Assembly: GCA_013001685.1 (NCBI GenBank)
Contig: JABDMD010000005.1
Span: 9,772-73,771 of the forward strand
DNA: 64,000 nucleotides
Source: Gammaproteobacteria bacterium
GTDB taxonomy: Bacteria > Pseudomonadota > Gammaproteobacteria > UBA4575
Direction: 5' to 3'
Shown: positions 1 through 9,945 of the stretch, piece by piece
How the letters are laid out: every line of letters starts with the position of its first letter
Position numbering within the stretch: the stretch's first letter is position 1
Notes under the pieces: generated by a model
What the model saw: the letters and a program-made list of their open reading frames with translations, nothing else
Databases searched by the model: none
Told to the model about the DNA's origin: nothing
Program-made: the position numbers and the translations under genes

Positions 1-221
1 GCAAACACCAATAACAATACTAAACAAGCCATTCCTGCAACAAAGATAACTGCTGAGAAAAAACTACTACCTGAGTTAACGCCTACAAATTCACCTAAAT
101 CAAATGCCAATATCGCCATTGCACCCATAATTAAAAATGCAAACAGTGCCAAGATAGTTAAAGTTGATTTACTAGATTGACTATCCTTGTCTGTACGAGC
201 AATAGATTTAGTTAAGGCCAT
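1..221 (-). CDS. pilJ: Partial (N-terminal about 73 aa) PilJ-like methyl-accepting chemotaxis protein. The gene continues beyond the window start.
   Basis: Reverse-strand ATG at 219-221 opens MALTKSIARTDKD... followed by a hydrophobic TM segment. It lies immediately downstream of the pilG-pilH-pilI homologues, as in the Pseudomonas pilGHIJ order. Confidence 0.5.
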   Translation of the reverse strand, partial: MALTKSIARTDKDSQSSKSTLTILALFAFLIMGAMAILAFDLGEFVGVNSGSSFFSAVIFVAGMACLVLLLVF

Positions 222-500
222 GATTCATGTAATCCTAATTGAATTTTTTAGTGTTATATTCGCTTTTACGTTATAAGTGGTGATCTGAGAATATTCCTTG
301 GCAACTCAAATACCCACCTAAAATCAATAATTTCCAGTTACTAATGATACGGGGGAAAGTCGCTGGCTAAGGCATAGCTGTGTCGTGAAAATACTCACTT
401 TTATCGGTTTGAATGCCTGAGTTCAAATCACATATTTGAATATCAGCTGTGATTTTCACAAACCGGCCATAGCGGAATCAACACCACTTAGAAGCTGTCT

Positions 501-1058
501 TTAAGTAAGATTGCGCAGTTGAGCAAATCTCTCATCTAGTAATAAGCTTTGTATGGATAAGGCAGCAAACCACTCTTCGCCCGAATTATAAAAAGCACTG
601 ATATAGTCGACATGTTCATAGTCGAAGCTCTTTGGTATTTCATCTGTGCCTAGCTCAGCATTAAATGATTTCATGCCGATAATGGCATCTATCACCAATC
701 CATAGTGATGCGATTCTTGCTTGACCAGCAACATACGTTTAGTAGCGTAATTTCCTGCAATAGGAACAGCAAATACAAGTTCATGCAGATCAAGCAAAGT
801 AATTAGATTACCTCTTACATTAGAAATTCCTACTAACCAAGAGGGTGTGCGTGGGATGGCAGTAAAATCTTTAACGCTTAGCACTTCACTGACATCAGCA
901 ATTGGCATGATGTATTTGTGAGCGCCTAACTGAAAAGCTAAACCATGTGAAAAGCTTGCATCTGATTCTTGCTGCACCAAACCGCCTTGATGCGTAATGC
1001 ATTTACGATCTACAGATAATAAATATTCAAATGGAGTGCTTTCTTCGGAAACTGCCAT
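501..1058 (-). CDS. pilI: CheW-like coupling protein of the pilus chemosensory system (PilI-like)
   Basis: 185-aa ORF with CheW-domain-like sequence. Positioned between the pilH-like and pilJ-like genes. Confidence 0.75.
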   Translation of the reverse strand: MAVSEESTPFEYLLSVDRKCITHQGGLVQQESDASFSHGLAFQLGAHKYIMPIADVSEVLSVKDFTAIPRTPSWLVGISNVRGNLITLLDLHELVFAVPIAGNYATKRMLLVKQESHHYGLVIDAIIGMKSFNAELGTDEIPKSFDYEHVDYISAFYNSGEEWFAALSIQSLLLDERFAQLRNLT

Positions 1059-1078
1059 ACCTATGAGTAATGCAAGAA

Positions 1079-1444
1079 TTAAGCAGCTAAAAATGATTTA
1101 ATAGAATTGATTAACATCTCTGAATTAACAGGCTTAACCAAGTAACCTTTTGCACCCTGCCTAGTTGCCCAGACTTTATCGGTTTGTTGGCTTTTAGTGG
1201 AAACCATGACTACAGGTATTTCTGCAGTTTCAGGGCTGGTAGTAATTTGCCGTGTAGCTTGAAAACCATTCATGCCTGGCATCACTATATCCATTAAAAT
1301 TAAATCAGGATGAATATCCTTAGCAACCTCGACGCCTTCTTCACCACTATCTGCAGTGGAGACTTTATGTCCCGTTTGCTCTAGTAATTTTGAGATAAAA
1401 TGACGTTCTGTTGGAGAATCATCTACGACAAGGATATGAGCCAT
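1079..1444 (-). CDS. pilH: CheY-like single-domain response regulator (PilH-like)
   Basis: Receiver domain (VVDDS...DLILMDIVMPGMNG...KGYLVKP). The start is trimmed to the internal Met (MAHILVVDD) to avoid overlap with pilG. Confidence 0.75.
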   Translation of the reverse strand: MAHILVVDDSPTERHFISKLLEQTGHKVSTADSGEEGVEVAKDIHPDLILMDIVMPGMNGFQATRQITTSPETAEIPVVMVSTKSQQTDKVWATRQGAKGYLVKPVNSEMLINSIKSFLAA

Positions 1445-1463
1445 ATCTGCGGTGTTCTGTTTG

Positions 1464-1889
1464 TTACTTGCCACTGTATTCTGCAATGGCCCCAAGTAAA
1501 TCATCTCTGGTGAAAGGTTTGGTCAGATATTGTTCTGAACCAACAATCTTGCCCCGCGCTTTATCAAAAATACTATCTTTACTCGATAGCATAATGACTG
1601 GTGTAGATTTAAATAATCGATTGTTTTTAATCAACGCGCAGGTTTGATAACCATCTAAACGTGGCATCATAATATCGATAAAAATTAAATTAGGGCGATG
1701 TTCTGCAATCTTTGCTAAGGCTTCAAAACCATCATTTGCGGTAAATACTTCACAGCCTTCTTTTGTTAATAGAGATTCAGCTGATTTTCGAATAGTTTTA
1801 CTATCATCAATCACCATAACCTTTAATGCGCCCGCAGTACCACTGCTGGATTGTGCTGAATCGTCTAGTGCTAAACCACTTTCTTGCAT
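1464..1889 (-). CDS. pilG: CheY-like response regulator PilG
   Basis: N-terminal extension followed by KVMVIDDSKTIRK...FIDIMMPRLDGYQTCALIKNN...SSKD, highly similar to Pseudomonas PilG. Divergent from gshB, as in Pseudomonas. Confidence 0.8.
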   Translation of the reverse strand: MQESGLALDDSAQSSSGTAGALKVMVIDDSKTIRKSAESLLTKEGCEVFTANDGFEALAKIAEHRPNLIFIDIMMPRLDGYQTCALIKNNRLFKSTPVIMLSSKDSIFDKARGKIVGSEQYLTKPFTRDDLLGAIAEYSGK

Positions 1890-2082
1890 AATTGCTTCCT
1901 AAAGATCGAAATTAGAACTTAAAGTGTCCTTAATTATCTGATTGTTATTCTGTAACTCACACAAGCATAATTGCTTACCTAAGCCCTATGCTGATAGATG
2001 AGTACATAACCATGCCAGCTATTGAATATAGGACAACAAGCTTCCGATATAAGTAGTCTAATCTCAGACGAGGTATACAGAG

Positions 2083-3036
2083 ATGAGCATAAAACTAGGC
2101 GTAATCATGGACCCGATAGAGGGCATAAAGGTAAGTAAAGACAGCACCTTCGCGATGTTGTTAGAGGCACAAAAGCGCGGTTACGAAATCCACTATTTGC
2201 AAGCTCGCGATCTATTTCTCAAGGATGACGCGGTGATAGCGAATACCGCGCAGATTCGCGTTCAAGATCAAGCTAGCAATTGGTTTGAAGCGAGTGCCTC
2301 ATCACAACTAGAAATGTCATATTTCGACGTGGTGCTTATGCGTAAAGACCCTCCTATGAATATGGAGTACATCTATACTACTTATTTACTGGATAGAGTG
2401 CAGAAACTTGGCACGCTAGTAGTCAACCACCCCACCAGCCTGCGTAATGCTAATGAGAAATTATTTGCAACTCAATTTGACGATTGCATCACTCCTTATG
2501 TAGTAACTCAACAGCAAGCTGTGCTAAATGAATTTATTGATGAACATAAACAAGTCGTAGTAAAACCACTTGATGGCATGGCCGGTGATTCTATTTTTCA
2601 AGTTAATTACGATGATACGAACCGAAATGTCATTTTAGAAACGATCACCCAGCTAGATCAACGCACCGTGATGGCACAAAAACTTATTCCAGAATATGTA
2701 GATGGAGATAAACGCGTTTTACTTATAAATGGAGAACCGATTCTTTATGCATTACTTAGAGTACCTTCAAAAGGAGAACTACGTGCCAATTTAGCTAAAG
2801 GAGGCACTGGACAAGGAATCGAGCTGAATGCACGTGACCGTTATATTTGTGAACAAATCAAACCCGCTCTGCAAGACATGCAACTTTGCTTTGTAGGCAT
2901 AGACATTATTGGTAAATATCTAACTGAAATTAACGTTACCAGCCCCACAGGCATCCGTGAGTTAGATAAAATGTATGACTTAAATATCAGTAAAACTTTA
3001 TTTGATCACCTTGAATCACAACTTAAAGCTGGCTAG
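2083..3036 (+). CDS. gshB: Glutathione synthetase
   Basis: 317 aa. Prokaryotic GshB N-terminal and ATP-grasp motifs (MSIKLGVIMDPIEGIK...). Confidence 0.9.
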   Translation: MSIKLGVIMDPIEGIKVSKDSTFAMLLEAQKRGYEIHYLQARDLFLKDDAVIANTAQIRVQDQASNWFEASASSQLEMSYFDVVLMRKDPPMNMEYIYTTYLLDRVQKLGTLVVNHPTSLRNANEKLFATQFDDCITPYVVTQQQAVLNEFIDEHKQVVVKPLDGMAGDSIFQVNYDDTNRNVILETITQLDQRTVMAQKLIPEYVDGDKRVLLINGEPILYALLRVPSKGELRANLAKGGTGQGIELNARDRYICEQIKPALQDMQLCFVGIDIIGKYLTEINVTSPTGIRELDKMYDLNISKTLFDHLESQLKAG

Positions 3037-3177
3037 TTTCTCTCTCTGCGGCTTATCCCGCTAGATAAACGCAGCATAGATTAAGATATTTTTTAACTTC
3101 GAACTCATACAATATACACAGCCCAATGGATCAACTTAGAACTAGTAACTCTACATGCATTTTTTTCATCTAGCACA

Positions 3178-4068
3178 ATGTCAGCTGTAATCAACCCTGT
3201 TCAAGTTACAGCATCGGATCGCTTGGGTTTTAGTTTATTTGTCGCAGCGATATTGCATGCCATCATCATTTTAGGCTTGGGCTTTGGTTTACCATTTGCT
3301 CGTGACTTTAATACCGCATCTATGCTTGAAGTAACTATGGTGTTGACAAAAACTCATCAAGAACCTACCGACGCCGAACACATTGCCAGTGAAAACCAAT
3401 TAGCCAGTGGTAGCACAGACCAAGAAAATCAACCTTCAGCACCGTTTGCTGGCGCTAGTTTAAACGCAACGAATGGTATTGCTCCCGTTCCAAGCATTAC
3501 TAGTTCATCACCCGCTTCAGAATTTAGCGAACAACACGAACCACTAGTCGTTCTTAATGAAGCCCAAGATAATGTGTTTATAAATGATGCAGTTGAAACT
3601 CCTGACCAGACCAGCCTCGATTATCAAGAAAAGTTGTCTGAACAACAATTAGAGCTCGCTAAATTAGTTGCGGAATTACGGCAGGAAGAAAATGACTACG
3701 CCAAGCGTCCGAGGGTCAATTATATTGATACTCTCAGCGCTAAAACTGCCACTGAAGCCACCTATGTACGTGAATGGGTGGAGAAGGTTGAAGGAGTTGG
3801 CAACCTCAATTATCCCGATGAGGTTAGAAATAAGCATCTATCTGGGACATTGATACTCAGTGTGCTTTTAAATCATGATGGTACTGTGGAATTGATGGAA
3901 GTACGATCATCGGCTGGTAAATCATTGCTGGATGAATCAGCTAAGAGAATTGTTAATATCGCATCTCCCTACCAAGCCTTTCCACCAGAGATGCGTGAAA
4001 GCTACGATCAATTAATGATTACGCGAACTTGGTTATTTGGAAAAGATAACACGCTACTTACCGAATAA
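3178..4068 (+). CDS. TonB family energy transducer (TonB3-like, C-terminal TonB domain)
   Basis: N-terminal TM segment, low-complexity Pro/Ser/Glu-rich linker and a C-terminal TonB-like domain. Its position after gshB matches Pseudomonas PA0406. Confidence 0.65.
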   Translation: MSAVINPVQVTASDRLGFSLFVAAILHAIIILGLGFGLPFARDFNTASMLEVTMVLTKTHQEPTDAEHIASENQLASGSTDQENQPSAPFAGASLNATNGIAPVPSITSSSPASEFSEQHEPLVVLNEAQDNVFINDAVETPDQTSLDYQEKLSEQQLELAKLVAELRQEENDYAKRPRVNYIDTLSAKTATEATYVREWVEKVEGVGNLNYPDEVRNKHLSGTLILSVLLNHDGTVELMEVRSSAGKSLLDESAKRIVNIASPYQAFPPEMRESYDQLMITRTWLFGKDNTLLTE

Positions 4069-4088
4069 AATGGTGCAGTAAATATAGA

Positions 4089-4676
4089 ATGTCAGAAAAC
4101 CTGACCAAGCAGTTACTCATAGCCATGCCAAGCATGGAAGACCCCAATTTTTCTCGTACAGTCACCATTATTTGCGAACACAACCAAGATGGTGCCATGG
4201 GTATCATTATCAATCAGCCCACTAATCTTTTTGTTGATGAATTACTTAGTAACTTAGATGCAACGAGCTCTGATTATAAAGATCCTGAAAATAGCACTCA
4301 TAAATCCATTGACGAATATGATCCTGTTTATGCAGGTGGACCCGTGCAAATTGATAGAGGCTTTATTTTACATGACTCAGATAAACAATGGGAATCAACA
4401 CTTATTATTGATAATGATTTGAGTCTTACCACTTCTGAAGATATTTTACTTGCGATCGCACAAGGTAAAGGCCCCGAAAATGTCTTAATTGCACTAGGCT
4501 ATGCGGGCTGGGGCGCCGATCAATTAGAACAGGAGATCTCCGCTAACGCTTGGCTAACAGTGCCTTACGAAGCAGATATTATTTTCAACACCCCTATAGA
4601 ACAGCGCTGGCAAAGTGCTGCGGCGAAAATCGGTGTAGATTTACATTTAATTTCCAATCAAGCGGGACATGCATAG
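4089..4676 (+). CDS. yqgE: YqgE/AlgH family protein (UPF0301)
   Basis: 195 aa with the characteristic LLIAMPSMEDPNFSRTV...HGGPV motif region. Lies upstream of ruvX. Confidence 0.8.
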   Translation: MSENLTKQLLIAMPSMEDPNFSRTVTIICEHNQDGAMGIIINQPTNLFVDELLSNLDATSSDYKDPENSTHKSIDEYDPVYAGGPVQIDRGFILHDSDKQWESTLIIDNDLSLTTSEDILLAIAQGKGPENVLIALGYAGWGADQLEQEISANAWLTVPYEADIIFNTPIEQRWQSAAAKIGVDLHLISNQAGHA

Positions 4677-4753
4677 CACTATATTTAATATTTATTGTGA
4701 TATTTACGGCGACATTTTTAGCTCAAAAGCCGCTACACTTAACCTCAAGTGTT

Positions 4754-5194
4754 ATGTCTAGTGTAATTGGATTTGATTATGGAGAACGAAGAATAGGTAT
4801 CGCAATTGGTATTTTAGATATTAAAAGCGCTAATCCACTCACCACTATAATTGTTCCATCTTCAGGCATCCCTTGGGATGAAATCACGACCATTATTGAA
4901 GAATGGAAGCCAAACACACTAGTCGTAGGCACTGTCGACCACGCAACACAAAATAATAATACTATTCAGAAACGAGTACAGAGTTTTTGCAAAAACTTGA
5001 ATACACGCTACCATTTACCAGTTGAAACCATTGATGAGTCCAATACTTCAGTAAAGGCTTATGAAATTCTTAAAGATATGCGTAGCAAAGGGCAACGTAA
5101 AAAAATAAATAAGATCGATATAGATAAAGCCTCTGCTGCCATCATTCTTGATTCGTGGTTTTCATCTAAAGGCACCGTACAACTTAATGACTGA
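4754..5194 (+). CDS. ruvX: Holliday junction resolvase-like protein RuvX/YqgF
   Basis: An internal Met gives MSSVIGFDYGERRIGIAIG..., the RuvX signature. The upstream part of the long ORF looks non-coding. Confidence 0.8.
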   Translation: MSSVIGFDYGERRIGIAIGILDIKSANPLTTIIVPSSGIPWDEITTIIEEWKPNTLVVGTVDHATQNNNTIQKRVQSFCKNLNTRYHLPVETIDESNTSVKAYEILKDMRSKGQRKKINKIDIDKASAAIILDSWFSSKGTVQLND

Positions 5195-5705
5195 ATTAAA
5201 TGCTCAACAACTACTAAAAGATCTTACCAAAGATCTCAGTAGTTATTTATCTGAACACAATATAAACGATCCAATTTTTATTGGCATACAAACTGGTGGA
5301 GTATGGGTTGCCAAGCAATTGCAGTCTTTGCTAAACAACAAACAAAAACTTGGCATACTAGATATCACCTTTTATCGCGATGACTTCAGCCGTGCTGGCA
5401 TACAGCCCACCGTAAAGCCCTCTAAGCTTCCTTTAGGGGTAAACGATAAACATATCATTCTAGTAGATGATGTTTTACATACCGGGCGAACCGTGCGAGC
5501 AGCCTTAAATGAAATATTTGATTACGGTCGACCTGCCTCTGTATGTCTGGTGGCATTAGTGCAACGTAATGGCAGAGAATTACCCATACAAGCAGATGTA
5601 GTAGCCAGCACACTTACCTTAGATGCAACTCAACACGTTAAGCTAAGCGGACCAGACCCATTAGAATTAAAAATTCTTGAAATTACTGATAGCAAAAAAT
5701 ATTAA
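5187..5705 (+). CDS. pyrR: Bifunctional pyr operon regulator / uracil phosphoribosyltransferase PyrR
   Basis: [10 protein letters not shown]...[14 protein letters not shown]...[17 protein letters not shown] is the PRTase motif of PyrR. The start is set at the internal Met. Confidence 0.8.
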   Translation: MTELNAQQLLKDLTKDLSSYLSEHNINDPIFIGIQTGGVWVAKQLQSLLNNKQKLGILDITFYRDDFSRAGIQPTVKPSKLPLGVNDKHIILVDDVLHTGRTVRAALNEIFDYGRPASVCLVALVQRNGRELPIQADVVASTLTLDATQHVKLSGPDPLELKILEITDSKKY

Positions 5706-5721
5706 ACAACAAATAGACATA

Positions 5722-6660
5722 ATGCGGCATTTCTTACAAATAGATGGACTCAGCACAAAAGATCTACATCATATTTTAGATACGACTGAATCGTTTACCA
5801 GTATTGATGATCGCGCGGTTAAAAAAGTCCCGCTGTTACGTGGTAAAACCATTGTAAATTTGTTCTTTGAACCAAGCACACGCACACGTACTACTTTCGA
5901 ATTGGCTGCCAAGCGACTTTCAGCTGATGTGCTAAATATTAATATTGCAACCTCTGCAACAACTAAAGGTGAAAGCCTTCTTGACACATTATTTAATCTG
6001 CAAGCCATGAATTCCGATATGTTTATTGTCAGGCACCCCGAAAGTGGTGCTGCGGAATTCATAAGTAACTATGTAGATTCACATGTCAGTGTAATTAATG
6101 CAGGTGATGGTAGACACGCTCATCCCACACAAGCAATGTTAGATATGTTTACTATTCGCAAACATTACAAAGAATTTTCAAAATTAAGAGTAGCAATTGT
6201 TGGTGATATTTTACATTCTCGTGTTGCTCGCTCACAAATTGAAGCACTCAATATACTGGGAGCCAAAGAAATACGTGTCATCGCACCAAGAACTTTGCTG
6301 CCTGCAAATGTAGCGCAACTTGGTGTCGAAGTATTTCAAAACTGCAAAGAAGGTTTATTCAATGTAGACGTTGTAATCATGTTGAGGCTACAAAAAGAAC
6401 GCATGCAAGGTGGTTTCATTCCTAGCGAACATGAGTATTTTCAACTTTATGGTTTAACCCCTGAACGTTTAGCCATTGCCAAACCGAATGCAATTGTTAT
6501 GCACCCTGGCCCAATCAATCGTGGTGTTGAAATTAGTTCTGAGGTAGCAGATGGTCCGCAATCGGTAATATTGCAACAAGTTAAATATGGAATTGCAGTA
6601 CGAATGGCAATTTTATCCCTTGCCATGAGTTCAGCAGATGAAAATGGGGGTGGCAATTGA
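5722..6660 (+). CDS. pyrB: Aspartate carbamoyltransferase catalytic subunit
   Basis: STRTR and HPxQ motifs ([21 protein letters not shown]). The start is at the internal Met MRHFLQ, just after the pyrR stop. Confidence 0.85.
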   Translation: MRHFLQIDGLSTKDLHHILDTTESFTSIDDRAVKKVPLLRGKTIVNLFFEPSTRTRTTFELAAKRLSADVLNINIATSATTKGESLLDTLFNLQAMNSDMFIVRHPESGAAEFISNYVDSHVSVINAGDGRHAHPTQAMLDMFTIRKHYKEFSKLRVAIVGDILHSRVARSQIEALNILGAKEIRVIAPRTLLPANVAQLGVEVFQNCKEGLFNVDVVIMLRLQKERMQGGFIPSEHEYFQLYGLTPERLAIAKPNAIVMHPGPINRGVEISSEVADGPQSVILQQVKYGIAVRMAILSLAMSSADENGGGN

Positions 6661-7940
6661 AGCTTGAAATCATAAATGGCCATCTTGTCGACCCTAAAAA
6701 CCAAATTGATCAACACGCGAATCTTTATATTGCGGATGGAAGAGTAATAGCAGTCGGCAAGAAGCCTGCAGATTGGCAAGCCGACCAAAGCATTGATGCA
6801 AAAAGTAAATTAGTACTGCCGGGCTTAGTAGAGCTATCCGCAAGTCTGCGCGAACCAGGGCACGAACATAAAGCCACCGTACAATCTGAAACTAAAGCGG
6901 CCGCAGCGGCAGGAATTACCAGTATTGCCTGTCTGCCTACAACCAATCCGGTTGTCGACACACCAGCACAAGTAGAATTAATCGAACAACTTTCCCAAAG
7001 CAGTGGCCAGTGCCATGTGTATGTCATCGGTGCTTTAACTACTAATCTTAACGGTGAAAACCTAAGTGAAATGGCGGCATTAAAAGCCGCAGGTTGCGTG
7101 GGTGTAAGTAATGTATTTCATCCAATGAAGAGTTCGTTAGTGTTACGTCGCGCAATGGAATACGCAAGCAGCCAAGACCTAACGGTGTTCTCTTACCCGC
7201 TGGTACATGCGCTCGCTAATCATGGTTGCGTACATGAGGGTATAACCTCTTCTCGTTTAGGTTTGCCAGGTATACCTGCAGCAGCTGAAACCGCAGCGGT
7301 TGCATTTCAAATTGCATTAATCGAAGAACTAAATGTGCGTACACATTTTTGTCGCATCTCTACTGATCGTTCAGTGCACATGATTTCACGGGCACGCTTT
7401 GACAAGCTACCCATCACTGCAGATACCAGTATCTTACACTTATATTTAACCGATCAAGAAATACAGGGCTTTGATGGTTTATGTCACAACCAACCTCCGT
7501 TTAGAACACTTGATGACCGTGAAGGCTTACGTACTGGAATTCAAGATGGAACCCTTTCTGCCATTTGCGCTGATCATCAGCCACATGAAATTGAAGCTAA
7601 GCTTGCACCGTTTCAATCTACAGAACCAGGTAGTTCTACATTAGAAACTTTACTTCCATTAACATTAGAACTAGTTAAAGAAGATGTATTAACTTTAAGT
7701 GATGCAGTAAACCTAATTACTCAACAGCCGGCAGATATATTAGGAATATCCGCTGGCAACCTTTGTGTCGGTGCGAATGCCGATGCCTGCATAGTTGATT
7801 TAAAACACAGCTGGATTCTCAATAGCGAGAACATGTTAAGCCGAGGTAAAAACACACCATTATTAGGCGACCAACTAAATAGTCGCGTCACACACACTAT
7901 TCTTAATGGCAAATTGATTTACGAAAATAAATTAAATTAG
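6657..7940 (+). CDS. pyrC: Dihydroorotase-like protein, probably the non-catalytic PyrC' type
   Basis: 427-aa amidohydrolase-fold protein. It overlaps the pyrB stop, as in the Pseudomonas pyrB-pyrC' arrangement. The canonical HxH metal-binding motif near the N-terminus appears to be replaced ([12 protein letters not shown]). Confidence 0.75.
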   Translation: MKLEIINGHLVDPKNQIDQHANLYIADGRVIAVGKKPADWQADQSIDAKSKLVLPGLVELSASLREPGHEHKATVQSETKAAAAAGITSIACLPTTNPVVDTPAQVELIEQLSQSSGQCHVYVIGALTTNLNGENLSEMAALKAAGCVGVSNVFHPMKSSLVLRRAMEYASSQDLTVFSYPLVHALANHGCVHEGITSSRLGLPGIPAAAETAAVAFQIALIEELNVRTHFCRISTDRSVHMISRARFDKLPITADTSILHLYLTDQEIQGFDGLCHNQPPFRTLDDREGLRTGIQDGTLSAICADHQPHEIEAKLAPFQSTEPGSSTLETLLPLTLELVKEDVLTLSDAVNLITQQPADILGISAGNLCVGANADACIVDLKHSWILNSENMLSRGKNTPLLGDQLNSRVTHTILNGKLIYENKLN

Positions 7941-8090
7941 AAAACAAAGGAAAACAAACTGAAATCTCACCGCAATACCATCTTTGAAGAATCTGCAAAT
8001 GTCGTTAATCAAGAAGCTCTCGCCGCAGGACAATACTTTCTCACTCTACATGCACCGAAATGCGCACAACGCGCACGTGCAGGTAATTTC

Positions 8091-8822
8091 GTGCATTTAA
8101 AATGTGATCAGCAATTGAGCATGCGTCGTCCCTACTCCATCATGCGCGCCGATAAGCAAAGCGGTCACATTGATATTCTATATAAAGTAGTCGGCCAAGG
8201 CAGTTCACTGTTAGCAACACGAAAAGAAGGCGATACTATTCAATGCTTAGGTCCAATTGGTAATGAATTTACAATTAGTGCATCCACTACTTATCCGTTG
8301 TTACTAGGTGGTGGAGTAGGTATACCACCGATGGTGTTTCTAGCAGACGAATTACGAAACATTAAGGATTTGCATCCTTTTGTTATCATGGGTTCAGAAA
8401 TTCCATTCCCCTTTACCGTCAAACCTTCAAAAATCTTATTGCCTGGCATTCCAAATGATGTGATCGCCGCTATGCCTTTGCTGGATGACTGGGGTGTTGT
8501 CTCGCGACTCACCAGCCAACAAGGTTATCAAGGTTGTTACCAAGGCTACGCTCACGAACTAGCAGAAAAATGGGTGGAGAGTTTGGATGACACAAGCGGA
8601 ATTGAAGTATTCGCATGCGGCCCAACTCCAATGCTGCAAGCAGTTGCAGGCTTTGCGAAAAAACACACCATCCCCTGCCAATTGTCATTAGAAGAACACA
8701 TGGCCTGTGCGGTAGGTGGCTGCGCGGGATGCGTAGTTCCTTTTAAAGAAAACGATAAGGTGATCGCAATGAAACGCGTCTGTGTTGATGGACCAATTTT
8801 TAACGCTCAGAATATTTTCTAA
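8091..8822 (+). CDS. pyrK: PyrK-like dihydroorotate dehydrogenase electron-transfer subunit (ferredoxin-NADP reductase fold with C-terminal 2Fe-2S Cys cluster). The true start is probably upstream.
   Basis: C-terminal CAVGGCAGCVVP cysteine cluster and an FAD/NAD-binding fold. The in-frame region 7941-8090 continues the conserved N-terminus (...HRNTIFEESANVVNQEALAAGQYFLTLHAPK...) with no ATG, GTG or TTG. Confidence 0.6.
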   Translation: MHLKCDQQLSMRRPYSIMRADKQSGHIDILYKVVGQGSSLLATRKEGDTIQCLGPIGNEFTISASTTYPLLLGGGVGIPPMVFLADELRNIKDLHPFVIMGSEIPFPFTVKPSKILLPGIPNDVIAAMPLLDDWGVVSRLTSQQGYQGCYQGYAHELAEKWVESLDDTSGIEVFACGPTPMLQAVAGFAKKHTIPCQLSLEEHMACAVGGCAGCVVPFKENDKVIAMKRVCVDGPIFNAQNIF

Positions 8823-8867
8823 TATATTTAATTCGGCATGATGTGATCGTTCAGGTCACTAAATAAA

Positions 8868-8897
8868 AAAACATTAACTGTGAATGTTCATTTTTTT
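8868..8897 (+). terminator. Putative Rho-independent terminator after the pyrK-like gene
   Basis: aacatt-aactgtg-aatgtt stem-loop followed by a T8 run. Confidence 0.4.
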
Positions 8898-9099
8898 TAC
8901 ATGTCCAAAGAAAACGAACCAAAAGAAAAGACACCCACCAACTTGCTCTTCGAGTACGTTCGCAACCTCGAGCAACTTTGGCCGGTATGATGTCGCCATC
9001 CAGGCACAACATGCCTAAAACCACTTTTCCTGGCTGTTTTACCTGCCGTTGCTTTCGAGTTTACTCACCAAGTTGAATGTGATTTTAAGAGGTGCTCTG

Positions 9100-9130
9100 T
9101 ATTTCCGCTTTTGGCCAATAGCAGTCATTA
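9100..9130. repeat. Palindromic repeat copy A (ttccgcttttggccaatagcagtcatt)
   Basis: Matches the family consensus GTCCGCTTTTGGCCAAAAGCGGAC and shares the 3' flank tcattNNtaagt with copy B. Confidence 0.7.
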
Positions 9131-9408
9131 GTAGGTTAAGTAAACTATAGAAACATAGTAATTCTTGAACTTACAATCAATGATTATAATAAATTGTACT
9201 TACTATTTTTATAGAATGATTGTTCGCCTTTATTATTAAATTGAACTTATTGATCGATAAGGATTATCTAATTTATTAAATAATTATTAATGTTGCTTAT
9301 TTCGGAAATTATTTTATTTCATTTCCACAATCATAGTCATAGCAGTAATGTTCTCATGAAAGAGCAAGAAGTACTCTTAAACTCCTATATTTAGGCAAAC
9401 AGAGTAAA

Positions 9409-9612
9409 ATGCAAAAAATTGATAAAGCTAATTCTTATATTTTAGATTTTCGAGAAAAAGAAGATAGGCGATCTTTTGGGCCGTCACCACAATTTCCCGT
9501 CTTCGATGATGCATGCACATTAGTAATTAAAGATCGGCGCTTTATACCTGATCGACGCATTGCGAATATCCAGGTCAGAGGGCATTTTTTACATATCAAA
9601 AGAAGTTACTAA
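9409..9612 (+). CDS. Small hypothetical protein (67 aa)
   Basis: An ORF lying alone in a 1.1-kb intergenic region. A degenerate copy of the palindromic repeat lies 31 bp after its stop, the same ORF-then-repeat arrangement seen in the 58-64 kb island. Confidence 0.2.
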   Translation: MQKIDKANSYILDFREKEDRRSFGPSPQFPVFDDACTLVIKDRRFIPDRRIANIQVRGHFLHIKRSY

Positions 9613-9642
9613 CAATACATTTCATAATTCTTTATATGTATA

Positions 9643-9672
9643 TGTCCGCTTTGGTTCGTTAGCAAACATTAT
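9643..9672. repeat. Degenerate palindromic repeat copy (gtccgctttggttcgttagcaaaca)
   Basis: The left arm and centre match the family. The right arm is mutated (GG to AA). Confidence 0.45.
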
Positions 9673-9945
9673 ATTAAAGCAAGCAACATCTTCACGTATT
9701 ACATCACGCTGAGAAGCGTAAGGTGAATTTGGGGTAAGACGAACCGTGTATGAGTGCAGCGAGTCGGTGAGCCGCCAAATTCATTGAGCATTCTCAGAAA
9801 TAAGCGATGTTAAGCGCAATGCTTTTGGGTGCTTTTAGCGAAACCAAAGTACCTTGCTCTCTGAGAACAAGTGATTAGGAAAAGAATAGGAACAAAAAGA
9901 GAGAGCGGAAAAGGCAGAATATTACTTATGAAAATAACTAGGTGC

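Noticed and set aside
1411-1647. Plus-strand ORF overlapping the pilG/pilH junction
   Set aside because: It is antisense to two conserved response-regulator genes and has no recognisable domain.
5769-7027. Reverse-strand ORFs 5769-6062, 6447-6788 and 6725-7027
   Set aside because: They lie entirely inside the well-supported pyrB and pyrC' coding regions on the opposite strand. They are shadow ORFs.
9700-9880. tmRNA, SRP RNA or a known riboswitch in the structured intergenic segment
   Set aside because: The sequence has no match to tmRNA ends (GGGG…CCACCA), the 4.5S conserved helix or riboswitch cores that I can recognise. I retained it only as an unclassified candidate.
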